From positions 4,872 through 68,871 of IMG/VR virus record IMGVR_UViG_3300050821_004237: a stretch of DNA of 64,000 nt. One strand, written 5' to 3'. Position 1 is the first letter of the stretch; each line of letters opens with the position of its first letter. The notes beneath the pieces are model-generated. The model was not told where the DNA came from, ran no database searches, and saw only the letters and a list, made by a program, of their open reading frames with translations. Shown piece by piece: positions 56,207 to 64,000 of this stretch. The DNA comes from a virus. The position numbers and the translations under genes were made by a program.

Positions 56207-56244
56207 GTAGGGTCTAATACCCTAAGTAGGGTGTCAAGCCCTAC
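56207..56244. promoter_or_regulatory. tandem palindromic operators over a TTGACA element
   Basis: GTAGGG-N7-CCCTAA (56207-56225) and GTAGGG-N7-CCCTAC (56226-56244); minus-strand TTGACA at 56232-56237. Confidence 0.7.
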
Positions 56245-56601
56245 ATTAAATATCTAAATGCCCTTCGCCCCTACAGGCCCGGCACTCGCGCGGGCTGCCG
56301 TCCTCATAATGCGATCCGCTCAAACCGCTGCCCATGCAGTCTTGACATATTCGGCTTCCGACAATGCCGAAGTCTCCACTCATACAGTTGTCGCATATCG
56401 GCTTGAACAGCGTTGTCGGCTCACCGCATCCAGCGCATACCAGGCCTGGGCCACTCACTTGCAAAGATCCTTGTACATCCACTCAAATTCACGTAACCGG
56501 TCAATCTCTTTGGCCAACTCCGCGTAATCCGAATACAGCACGTAATCGCCTTCCGTGTTCTCGCGCATTGTTGCCGAATGGCGTAGTAAGGACGGAATCG
56601 C

Positions 56602-56835
56602 TTAACCACTTTTTCTCACCTGCGCCACGCCCCGCGGACAAGGCGTACAGTCATATCCCAATTGCGTGCCGTGCGCGCAAACGCTCCCGCTCATCACATG
56701 CCGGTCAAACTCTTCGAGCACTGAGCATCGCTGACAGAGCGGCTGGGAGTCGGCGTGCTTCCAAGCGAGTTTGCAGGCGCAGGGCATCAGGGAGATTATG
56801 CGATGTTGGGCGGCGAGTAACTCAGCGTCTGTCAT
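56602..56835 (-). CDS. Cys-rich hypothetical protein
   Basis: CAC...CQRC...CAHG...CTPC. Confidence 0.5.
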   Translation of the reverse strand: MTDAELLAAQHRIISLMPCACKLAWKHADSQPLCQRCSVLEEFDRHVMSGSVCAHGTQLGYDCTPCPRGVAQVRKSG

Positions 56836-57076
56836 TGAATTTCTCGCGTGCCTTGCGCTCGATTTCGATTGCACGAGCGCGGTCTTCTTCGGTTGCGCCA
56901 GGGAACATCAGCATTTTGGGCGTTTTCATATGCTCGCGATCCTCGCGCCGAGCCGCTGCTAGGTCTAGACGGATGTGCGCCATTTGATTGAGCAACGTGC
57001 GCTTGAATTCGAGGACGTGACGGTAGGTGCGCTCGGAGAGGGCGGCGGCTGTGGGTTTGGCGTGGCGCTTGGTCAT
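56822..57076 (-). CDS. hypothetical protein
   Basis: 84 aa; GGAG RBS; ATGA overlap. Confidence 0.55.
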   Translation of the reverse strand: MTKRHAKPTAAALSERTYRHVLEFKRTLLNQMAHIRLDLAAARREDREHMKTPKMLMFPGATEEDRARAIEIERKAREKFNDRR

Positions 57077-58713
57077 GCGAATAACTCCTCGCTCGCCCGC
57101 ACTTCGCCGCGGCTTGGCTCAGTCACAATCTGTTTGGACGCCATCCGGTAAATGTACGCATCGCGAGTTGACCGCTTGAATCCGGTACGCTGGGTCACTT
57201 CATCGCGCGCCAGCGCTTTCGGGTAAACGTCGATCAGATTCTCAAGAATCAGCCGCTCGCCCTGTGGGAGTTTGTCCAGCCAGAATTGCTGCAGCTCTGC
57301 GCCGCGTGGCAAAGGCTCGGCGTCCGGCAATGCCAGTACCCCGTCCTCCGTCGCGGTCACGGTCTCGCCGTTGACATCTACCAGACTTTTTTCCTTGAGC
57401 CGATAGATGTAAGCGTCGCGGGTGCTGCGCTTGAATCCTGTAAGTACGGTGATCTGTTCGCGTCGCAGGCCATCAGGGTATTGAATGCATGCCGACAGCA
57501 CGGCGACTTCGCCCTTCGGCAGATCGGTCGCAGGAGCATGTCCATTCGTCTTTGCACGCGGAGCGACCTTTGGCGGCGAGGGTCGATGACGCTCAAGTCT
57601 GACCGGGACGCCAGCCATCTGAGTCTTGAATGCTGGCGCCGGCGGCATGTTCCTTGACCACGATTCGAGCGAACCGTAAAAGACTTCAAGCTGATCAGTG
57701 ATGCTCTCCTGGCCCAGCCTGAACCCTTCCTCGAACCGGCTCTTTTCGAGCGCCGCGGTATCGACAGGCGCGGCGGCTAGTGTCGTCTTAATCTGCCGCT
57801 GTAACTCCGCAATCTTCGCCTTGAGGGCCGATGGGTCGTTAGCCAAGGCATCGGCCTTGACCGCCTGCAGCTTGGCGCTAATGGCTTCCTTGTCGATTGG
57901 AGCGAGAACTTGGCCATGCTGTTCGCTGCCGTCCGGCGCGCGACCCGTATCGAAGGTGCGGATCTTGGGGAAGCTGATGCGGTCGAGAATCCCCAGTTCA
58001 GGCGCCCACACCCAGCCTTGACCTGTCTTGAGCGAAGCCAGGCTCGATATGATTTCGTTGCCTTTTGCCTTGTCGGCATTGTCCTCGATCCATTCGCGCA
58101 CGGCGTTGCGGTCCTGCGGAGCGATCAGGCGAAGTGCTACTAGCGTCTCGCATTGAGTAAGGCTGTCCTTGTGCAACTTCGCCGGGCGCTGGGTAATCAT
58201 GATTATGCGTAGCCCACGCGATCTACCAAGGCTCACTAGATTGTTCGTAGCGGACAGCATCTCACCAGCCTGAGGGCTGTTCACCTTGCCCTGCGGCGCG
58301 AACAGATGCGCCTCGTCAATGACTAGATGAAGCGGTCCCTTGTTCTTGCGGATCAGCGCATCTGCAAAGTCCGCCATGAATCGTGTACGCTCGCCGACTC
58401 GCATTAGCGATGTGTCGATGATTGCTGGCGTCGAGGACGTGCCGATCGTCTCCGCGATTGCTTCGCCGTACTGACCGGCAAGCGTCAGATCCGCGTGACT
58501 TCCGCCAAAGATGACGACCGGATATCCGCCGCTCTTGCCGGTCGCGCTTGATCGTAGGCCATTCCACGCGCCGGTAGGATCTATGATACAGACCCTTGCA
58601 TTCTCATCAAGTAATCCCTCGACGATGCCGCGAACAGCATAAGACTTGCCGGATCCGGTTTTTCCGAGCACTGCGATGTGCTGTGCGAGTGCGGCTTTCG
58701 GGAACTGATTCAC
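57073..58713 (-). CDS. HerA/FtsK-superfamily (DUF87-like) ATPase with tandem winged-helix domains
   Basis: GKTGSGKS, IIDPTG, VIDEAHLFAPQ, GRSRG, TQRPA; two TGFKRSTRDAYIYR repeats. Confidence 0.85.
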   Translation of the reverse strand: MNQFPKAALAQHIAVLGKTGSGKSYAVRGIVEGLLDENARVCIIDPTGAWNGLRSSATGKSGGYPVVIFGGSHADLTLAGQYGEAIAETIGTSSTPAIIDTSLMRVGERTRFMADFADALIRKNKGPLHLVIDEAHLFAPQGKVNSPQAGEMLSATNNLVSLGRSRGLRIIMITQRPAKLHKDSLTQCETLVALRLIAPQDRNAVREWIEDNADKAKGNEIISSLASLKTGQGWVWAPELGILDRISFPKIRTFDTGRAPDGSEQHGQVLAPIDKEAISAKLQAVKADALANDPSALKAKIAELQRQIKTTLAAAPVDTAALEKSRFEEGFRLGQESITDQLEVFYGSLESWSRNMPPAPAFKTQMAGVPVRLERHRPSPPKVAPRAKTNGHAPATDLPKGEVAVLSACIQYPDGLRREQITVLTGFKRSTRDAYIYRLKEKSLVDVNGETVTATEDGVLALPDAEPLPRGAELQQFWLDKLPQGERLILENLIDVYPKALARDEVTQRTGFKRSTRDAYIYRMASKQIVTEPSRGEVRASEELFA

Positions 58714-58922
58714 GCCACATCCCCCATCTGATAAGTTACGAGCGGTGCGTACTGCGAGCTAATCCGCCGCTCCGCCTCCATCTTAAATATCTGCTCAGGA
58801 GATCGCAGCCGCACATGGTAAATCATATCCGCCCAGTGCTTACGCTGCTCGGCTTCAGTCGTTGCCGCAATGAGCTGCTCGTAGGCGGCGTCTATTAGGG
58901 ATTCGCGGTCTGAGTCGGTCAT
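58710..58922 (-). CDS. hypothetical protein
   Basis: RSPEQI..ME..R motif. Confidence 0.6.
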   Translation of the reverse strand: MTDSDRESLIDAAYEQLIAATTEAEQRKHWADMIYHVRLRSPEQIFKMEAERRISSQYAPLVTYQMGDVA

Positions 58923-59233
58923 ACGCCACCGTTTATTGGATTCGCGTTATTCCAAAGCTCAATGCCTTGCGCCTCTGTCTTAGTGTGGAAGTGATCGCGG
59001 CCGTGATCGCGCTTTGAGCATGGTTTGCAGCCGACCCACCAGCCATTTTCTGGCGTCCCGAAGCATTCGATGAATTCGTTGCCGCATACGACACACGGAT
59101 TGCAACGTGGCTTGACTACGTCGTGATACGGAACATGCTTGATGCCTTCTGCCGTCATGCGCGTGAACCCGCGACCGTGCATCGCCATGTCGGCGAATGC
59201 GGCACTGATGGCTTCTTTGTCTTTTTCGGTCAT
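58919..59233 (-). CDS. Lar-like zinc-ribbon protein with N-terminal extension
   Basis: PCVVCG...WVGCKPC...IELWN. Confidence 0.55.
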   Translation of the reverse strand: MTEKDKEAISAAFADMAMHGRGFTRMTAEGIKHVPYHDVVKPRCNPCVVCGNEFIECFGTPENGWWVGCKPCSKRDHGRDHFHTKTEAQGIELWNNANPINGGV

Positions 59234-59463
59234 ATTGGGCTTCCTTTGTGCGCTTCAGCGTGACAGTGTGGGCAAAAGCGTTCGTCGCGGCCTTTGAATT
59301 TCTTCTTGCATGTCGGGCATATGTGTTCTGGCAATCGCTTCATTGCTGCCAAACGTTCGTAGTGATCTGGGTCCCGCGCTTTACTCGCGCCTTTCGTTTT
59401 GCCACCCTTACCGCCGATTCCCGCCATATATGCGGAGACCGCTTTAGGTATTTCTTTGCTCAT
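59230..59463 (-). CDS. KGG-motif protein with Zn ribbon
   Basis: YMAGIGGKGG; CPTC...CPHC. Confidence 0.6.
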   Translation of the reverse strand: MSKEIPKAVSAYMAGIGGKGGKTKGASKARDPDHYERLAAMKRLPEHICPTCKKKFKGRDERFCPHCHAEAHKGSPI

Positions 59464-59669
59464 GACAACTTCTTCGCCCGCACCCGCAGGACGAATAGAT
59501 TTCCCTCACAATCAGGAGCCCATTCCGTCGTCCATGAGACGATGTAAGAACGCTGACCGATACCGCGAGTGTAAGGGGTTACACGCGCACCGTGGCGCTT
59601 CGCCATTTCGAGCATGCGGCGCGGATCCATGGCGCGCCATTCAGCGTGCATGTTGTACGCGCAACTCAT
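59460..59669 (-). CDS. hypothetical protein
   Basis: GAGG RBS; ATGA overlaps. Confidence 0.5.
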   Translation of the reverse strand: MSCAYNMHAEWRAMDPRRMLEMAKRHGARVTPYTRGIGQRSYIVSWTTEWAPDCEGNLFVLRVRAKKLS

Positions 59670-59860
59670 GACGCGATCCTCGGCGCTTGCGCATCGTCCT
59701 GAGTTTGCGGAAACGGGCCGGCCCACACTTGGAAGCGATCGCTCCAGCGGTAGACTTCGCCAGTTGCCAAGGTGGCCGCGTTGCTGTCCTGGCTGAGATT
59801 GCGGGAGGTAAGAGCCATCTGTTTCGCCGTGAAGAATTTGCTGGTGTAATGCTTGTTCAT
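59666..59860 (-). CDS. hypothetical protein
   Basis: AGGAG RBS. Confidence 0.5.
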   Translation of the reverse strand: MNKHYTSKFFTAKQMALTSRNLSQDSNAATLATGEVYRWSDRFQVWAGPFPQTQDDAQAPRIAS

Positions 59861-59894
59861 TTCCATCTCCTGTGTTGACCGTGGACACAGTACA

Positions 59895-60179
59895 TCACAA
59901 TCCGCTTGTGATGTCAACAACTACTTTCATAGGGTTGGTTCTGTCACAGTCTGGACACCATCCGTCAGCGTCTATATTCGGATGCCTGCATGGTCCATTA
60001 TCGATTCCACTTAATCCAACCAAATCGCGCAACGTTGCCAACCACACAATGACATCCTGATCAGTTGTGCCTCTCGGCGCGCGGACAGTTCCGTTAAACC
60101 ACCCTAACGGGCCAGAGTCGACGTGAGCTTTTATTTTCTCTAGCTGAGAAAATGCCCACGTTTGATCGCTTAGGCTCAC
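59895..60179 (-). CDS. hypothetical protein
   Basis: GTGA overlap with helicase; C.H...CPDC. Confidence 0.55.
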   Translation of the reverse strand: MSLSDQTWAFSQLEKIKAHVDSGPLGWFNGTVRAPRGTTDQDVIVWLATLRDLVGLSGIDNGPCRHPNIDADGWCPDCDRTNPMKVVVDITSGL

Positions 60180-61576
60180 GCTTTCTTCCTCATCTTAGCC
60201 TGCCGTCCTTCCCACACATGCTGTGCCCAAGATTCGTTGTAGCCTTTGATACGCGCAATCTGCCGGAGTTGATCGAGCGTTTGCGCACGGCCCTGTTCGC
60301 GGCGTTCACGCTTCTTCGCAATCTGTTCCGCCGTCAGTTCGACCAGCTCGCCCTCTTTTTCTTCTACCTGCTGACGCGGCTTGACTTCGAACGCAGTGCC
60401 GCACTCGACGCACTGTGTGGCGCGCGCAGGCGAGGCGGCGAAACATTTGGGGCAGACGCGGATGCCTGGCGCGGGTTTCTTTTTGCGTTTGTCGGAATCG
60501 CCTTCGAGGGTCCATTCGCGATCTTCATCCGGCATTCCTAAGCGCTGACAATTCCCGGTATGATCGAGCAATATAGCGTGCGTTTTGCCAGGCGACAGCC
60601 TGCTGCATCGGCCAGTCATCTGAATCCACAATCCCAATGATTGCGTAGGGCGCAAGAATATTCCGCAGTGAACGCCGGGGAGATCCCAGCCCTCCGTGGC
60701 GATCTCGCACTGTGTGATGACTTTGATAGCCCCGCGCTTGAAATCCGCGAGCGCCATGCGGCGCAAGTCTTTGTCTGTGCCGCCGTCCAGCGCAATCGCC
60801 GAGATATCGTCTTTTCGGAACTGTTCCGCGACGTGGTGCGCGTGCGCGACTGAGGTGCAAAATACTAGCGCCGGCAAGCCGTTTGCGTGCTGCCGATAAT
60901 GAGAGAGAGCGCTGCCAGTGATCGCCGGGGTATCAAGTAGCGCGTCGGCTTCCTCGGTCTTGAAGTCCCCCATTCGCACATGCAGGCCAGAAGTATCGAC
61001 CGTCGGAGGCGCGAATATGCGAGCGGGCGCAAGCAAGCCGTCCGCCGTTAGTTCCTTCACTGATGGCCCGACGATTAGCTTATCGAACATCGTGCCCAAG
61101 CCCCGCCCATCCAATCTCATCGGTGATGCGGAGACACCCATAATCTTAGCATTCGGGAATTTCCTGATTATTCCCGCCCAAGTCGGCGACACGGCGTGAT
61201 GGCACTCGTCAATTATTATCAATGTCGGCGGGGCGTAAGAGTCAATGCGGCGCACCAATGTTTGCACGCTCGCCACTGCCACAGTTCTATTCGAAGCACG
61301 CTCGCGCCCGGCGCTTCGCGTATAGCCTGCGGCGATAATCTCAGGAATGACGCCGAACTCCGCCAAAGTTGCCACGATTTGGTCAACCAATTCGATGCGG
61401 TGGCAAATGATTAACACTCGGCACCCGCGCTTCTCGGCGGATTCCGCCATGGCGGAGAACAGTACGGTTTTGCCGAATCCGCAGGGGGCGACAACCAACG
61501 GAGCCTTAAAACCAGAGCCGTACGCTTGACGGATGGACTGCAGGAGTAAGTTCTGTTTGAAGCGTAAAGTGATCAC
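60176..61576 (-). CDS. SF2 DEAD/DEAH-box helicase with C-terminal Zn ribbon
   Basis: APCGFGKT, IIDECHH, SASP, EGWDLP, QMTGR..R, CPKC...CVEC. Confidence 0.93.
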   Translation of the reverse strand: MITLRFKQNLLLQSIRQAYGSGFKAPLVVAPCGFGKTVLFSAMAESAEKRGCRVLIICHRIELVDQIVATLAEFGVIPEIIAAGYTRSAGRERASNRTVAVASVQTLVRRIDSYAPPTLIIIDECHHAVSPTWAGIIRKFPNAKIMGVSASPMRLDGRGLGTMFDKLIVGPSVKELTADGLLAPARIFAPPTVDTSGLHVRMGDFKTEEADALLDTPAITGSALSHYRQHANGLPALVFCTSVAHAHHVAEQFRKDDISAIALDGGTDKDLRRMALADFKRGAIKVITQCEIATEGWDLPGVHCGIFLRPTQSLGLWIQMTGRCSRLSPGKTHAILLDHTGNCQRLGMPDEDREWTLEGDSDKRKKKPAPGIRVCPKCFAASPARATQCVECGTAFEVKPRQQVEEKEGELVELTAEQIAKKRERREQGRAQTLDQLRQIARIKGYNESWAQHVWEGRQAKMRKKA

Positions 61577-61585
61577 TTGCTGGCG

Positions 61586-61614
61586 ACTCTACCCCAACCA
61601 TTGATTTTCGTAAA
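61586..61614 (-). promoter_or_regulatory. sigma70-type promoter for helicase operon (near-leaderless)
   Basis: TTTACG-17 bp-TAGAGT, 9 nt before GTG 61576. Confidence 0.5.
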
Positions 61615-61695
61615 GCCGCTATTGCAAATTTATTTTTTGTGGCGTACAAAGGCAATCACGAAATCGAAAGCCGCTTTTATTCAGGAGCCATCTTA

Positions 61696-62466
61696 ATGAA
61701 CGAAGTCATCCGCCACCAACCGCAGCAGCAAGTCTCGATCTCCTACACTTTCGACCAAGTGCAGCGCATGGCCGCCTCGTTCGCCAAATCCGGCCTGTTC
61801 GGCGTCAAGGATGCAGACTCCGCATTTTCCTTAATGATGTACGCGCAAGCGATCGGTCGCCATCCCGGCGCGATCATGATGGACTATGACTTAATCTCAG
61901 GGCGCTTGGCTAAGAAGGCTTCATCGATGTTGAGGGACTTTCAAGCCAGCGGCGGCCGCGTCGAGTGGAAGAAATACGATGATGACGGCGTAATCGGCGT
62001 CTTCTCGCACCCCTTATCGCCGACGCCGATTACGGTGGATTGGAACATGGAGCGAGCGAAGAAGGCGGGGCTTGCTGGCAAGAATGGCGACATGTACGGT
62101 AAGTACACGCGCGCAATGTTCCGCTCACGCTGCATCTCGGAAGGGGTTCGCACCACCGCCCCGGATGCGACTGAGAACATGTACACGCCTGAAGAGATTC
62201 GCACCATTGGCGCAGAGGAAGTCGATGAACCGGTCGCGATACAGCAGGCAGTTACCGAAGCTGTCAAAGCCGTGACGCATGAGATGCCAACCGAGCAGAT
62301 CGAGGAATTCATCTCTGCGATGGATGTGAAAACCATTGCCGAGCTCACCCCGGCGTTCGGGCGCGCCTTCACGGCGGCGAAGGCGGCAGGCGATGAGAAT
62401 GCCAAGCGGCGGTTTAAGTCGGTTTACGATGATATGAAGTCGGCCATCGAAGACGGGTCTATCTAA
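61696..62466 (+). CDS. RecT/Red-beta-like single-strand annealing protein
   Basis: AGGAG RBS; FAKSGLF, I.GR, ERAKKAGL, Y.KY.RAM.R.R.IS...R...PD...MYTPEE. Confidence 0.75.
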   Translation: MNEVIRHQPQQQVSISYTFDQVQRMAASFAKSGLFGVKDADSAFSLMMYAQAIGRHPGAIMMDYDLISGRLAKKASSMLRDFQASGGRVEWKKYDDDGVIGVFSHPLSPTPITVDWNMERAKKAGLAGKNGDMYGKYTRAMFRSRCISEGVRTTAPDATENMYTPEEIRTIGAEEVDEPVAIQQAVTEAVKAVTHEMPTEQIEEFISAMDVKTIAELTPAFGRAFTAAKAAGDENAKRRFKSVYDDMKSAIEDGSI

Positions 62467-62966
62467 TGCGTCTGTTCGAAATTACATCCCAGTTCAAGGC
62501 GTTGGCGGCCCTTGAGGATTCCGACGATCTGCCGCCCGAGGTCATCGCTGACACGCTTGAGGGGCTGGAGGGCGACTTCGAAGCCAAGGCCATCGCCGTC
62601 TCAAAATTCATCCTCAGTCTTGAGGCAAGCGCCGACTCGATCAAGGAAGCCGCGAAGGCGATGGACCTGCGTTCCGCGCGCCTCACCAAGCGTGCCGAGT
62701 CTATTCGCCACTACTTGCTCCTACAAATGCAGATCATCGACTGGCGGCGCAAGATCGAGGCCGACGACATCGTCATCGCGCGTCGCAACAATCCAGTAGC
62801 CGTGCAGGTGCTCGATGAGAGAAGCGTGCCAGCGAGCTTTTGGGTGCAGCCCGAGCCGCCGCCGAAAAGGATCGATAAGAAGGCGGTTAAGGAGGCGTTG
62901 CAGTCGGGGGCGGAAGTGCCGGGATGCGTTTTAGAGTCAGGTGAAAGGGTCGATATCCGATTATGA
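62466..62966 (+). CDS. siphovirus Gp157-family protein
   Basis: MRLFEIT...DTLEGL, NP.AV.V.DE..VP, IDKKAVKEAL..G.EVPG. Confidence 0.85.
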   Translation: MRLFEITSQFKALAALEDSDDLPPEVIADTLEGLEGDFEAKAIAVSKFILSLEASADSIKEAAKAMDLRSARLTKRAESIRHYLLLQMQIIDWRRKIEADDIVIARRNNPVAVQVLDERSVPASFWVQPEPPPKRIDKKAVKEALQSGAEVPGCVLESGERVDIRL

Positions 62967-63541
62967 ACGAGATTTGGAAGTCAATACCAGGATTCGGCCA
63001 GGGGAAGCCATGGTCTGGAAAGTTTGGCGCAGACAATCCGCATTCGAAGCCAGTAATTCAATTCAACGTTGATGGAGACATCGCTAGATTCGCTGGAATG
63101 ATGGACGCAGCACGAGCCACTGGCTTATCTTTTAAACACATATCCGCCTGTTGTCGAGGGAAGCGTAGAACGCATGGCGGTTTTCAATGGCGCTTCGAGG
63201 TTCAAGACATGAAGACATATTCAACCATACGCCAGGGCGATGTAGCCCTGATCCAGGTAAACGAAATTCCAAAAGATGCTGTCGAACAAAAAACCGATGG
63301 CAATAAAGTTATATTGGCTTACGGGGAACGGACCGGTCACTGCCATCGCTTCGAATTTCTAGACCAGACGCAGAACATCAAACTCTACGTCGCTCACAGC
63401 GGCGCGCGATATCTCGATGTGAGTGCGCCTGCCGATTTGCTGCACGAAGAACACTCCACCGCTCGCGTACCTGCCGGCAAGTGGCTTCTCCCGGTCCAGG
63501 TTGAATACACCCCGCAGGAGTTACGCCGTGTCCAAGACTAA
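62963..63541 (+). CDS. degenerate NUMOD4/NUMOD1 fragment fused to conserved RQGDV...GH.H...HEEH protein (second start at 63209)
   Basis: EIWKSIPGF; SKPVIQ...ISACCRGKR..HGGFQW; then RQGDV, LAYGE.TGH.H, HEEH, Q.EY.P. Confidence 0.75.
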   Translation: MNEIWKSIPGFGQGKPWSGKFGADNPHSKPVIQFNVDGDIARFAGMMDAARATGLSFKHISACCRGKRRTHGGFQWRFEVQDMKTYSTIRQGDVALIQVNEIPKDAVEQKTDGNKVILAYGERTGHCHRFEFLDQTQNIKLYVAHSGARYLDVSAPADLLHEEHSTARVPAGKWLLPVQVEYTPQELRRVQD

Positions 63542-64000
63542 GAAAGTCTTACGCATTGAGGCGTTGACGCCAGAACAGTCCGCTCGCTTCGATGAGTGGG
63601 CAGATAAGTGGATTGAGATAGGCCTTCGCACCGCTCCTGCCGATCGACCTAAATTTGAGGCCGCCGCGAAGAAATGCTACGACTACGCAGGCATCCCATG
63701 GCACGGCAATGTTGTGTGGGTTTCGTCGCCATTGGTAATGGCTTTTGCAGCCCCTACTGCGGCTTTCTTGATTTCATTGATCAAGAAAGGTGGCCATGAC
63801 GACGCGGTTGACGACGCGGTTGACGACGCGGTTGACGACGCGGTTGACGACGCGGTTGACGACGCGGTTCGCGGCGCGGTTGACGACGCGGTTCGCGGCG
63901 CGGTTGGCGACGCGGTTCGCGGCGCGGTTGGCGACGCGGTTGACGACGCGGTTGACGACGCGGTTCGCGGCGCGGTTGACGACGCGGTTCGCGGCGCGGT
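63528..64000 (+). CDS. DUF6745-like protein with tetrapeptide repeats (runs off window end)
   Basis: AGGAG-GTG; LTPEQ..RF.EW.DKW..IGL.T.PADR...Y..AG...VVWVSSP then (D/R/G)(D/G)AV repeats. Confidence 0.7.
   Translation, partial: MSKTKKVLRIEALTPEQSARFDEWADKWIEIGLRTAPADRPKFEAAAKKCYDYAGIPWHGNVVWVSSPLVMAFAAPTAAFLISLIKKGGHDDAVDDAVDDAVDDAVDDAVDDAVRGAVDDAVRGAVGDAVRGAVGDAVDDAVDDAVRGAVDDAVRGA
63798..64000 (+). repeat. 12-bp tandem repeat, about 17 units, three variants
   Basis: GACGACGCGGTT / CGCGGCGCGGTT / GGCGACGCGGTT. Confidence 0.95.

Noticed and set aside
63798-64000. CRISPR array
   Set aside because: 12-bp units are contiguous with no unique spacers and lie in frame within a CDS
1-64000. tRNA genes, integrase, CI-type repressor, DNA polymerase, stop-codon reassignment
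   Set aside because: No cloverleaf or such protein motifs recognised by eye; core genes read intact with the standard code. They could lie outside the window, and tRNAscan-SE was not run

Overview
This window is most of the genome of a tailed dsDNA phage with podovirus-like architecture (portal/adaptor/nozzle, internal ejection proteins, no tape measure or sheath gene seen). The host is probably a proteobacterium, inferred from sigma70-type promoters, IHF-like and dif-like sites and an SLT endolysin. A long minus-strand late region (about 46.4 kb down to 2.8 kb) runs terS, terL, portal, GroES-like co-chaperonin, scaffold, capsid, fibres/spikes interleaved with two glycosyltransferases and a methyltransferase, adaptors, nozzle, GNAT, ejection proteins and lysis genes. 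A minus-strand replication block (SF2 helicase, HerA-like ATPase, VRR-NUC, TOPRIM-VapE primase) and a plus-strand early block (RecT-like SSAP, Gp157, small ORFs, O-acyltransferase) that probably wraps round the window ends complete it. No integrase, reverse transcriptase, tRNA or CRISPR array was seen. The most notable observations are: (1) a XerC/XerD dif-like site beside an AT-rich origin-like region; (2) a candidate virion-glycosylation system of GPT-collagen and Ser/Thr-rich fibres plus GT2-TPR, a GT-A enzyme and a SAM methyltransferase; (3) about 25 copies of a short xxxGG motif in five putative internal head proteins; (4) small ORFs resembling capsid and portal fragments (possible decoys); and (5) nested or overprinted lysis genes. 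All functional calls come from motif recognition by eye; no database searches were run.
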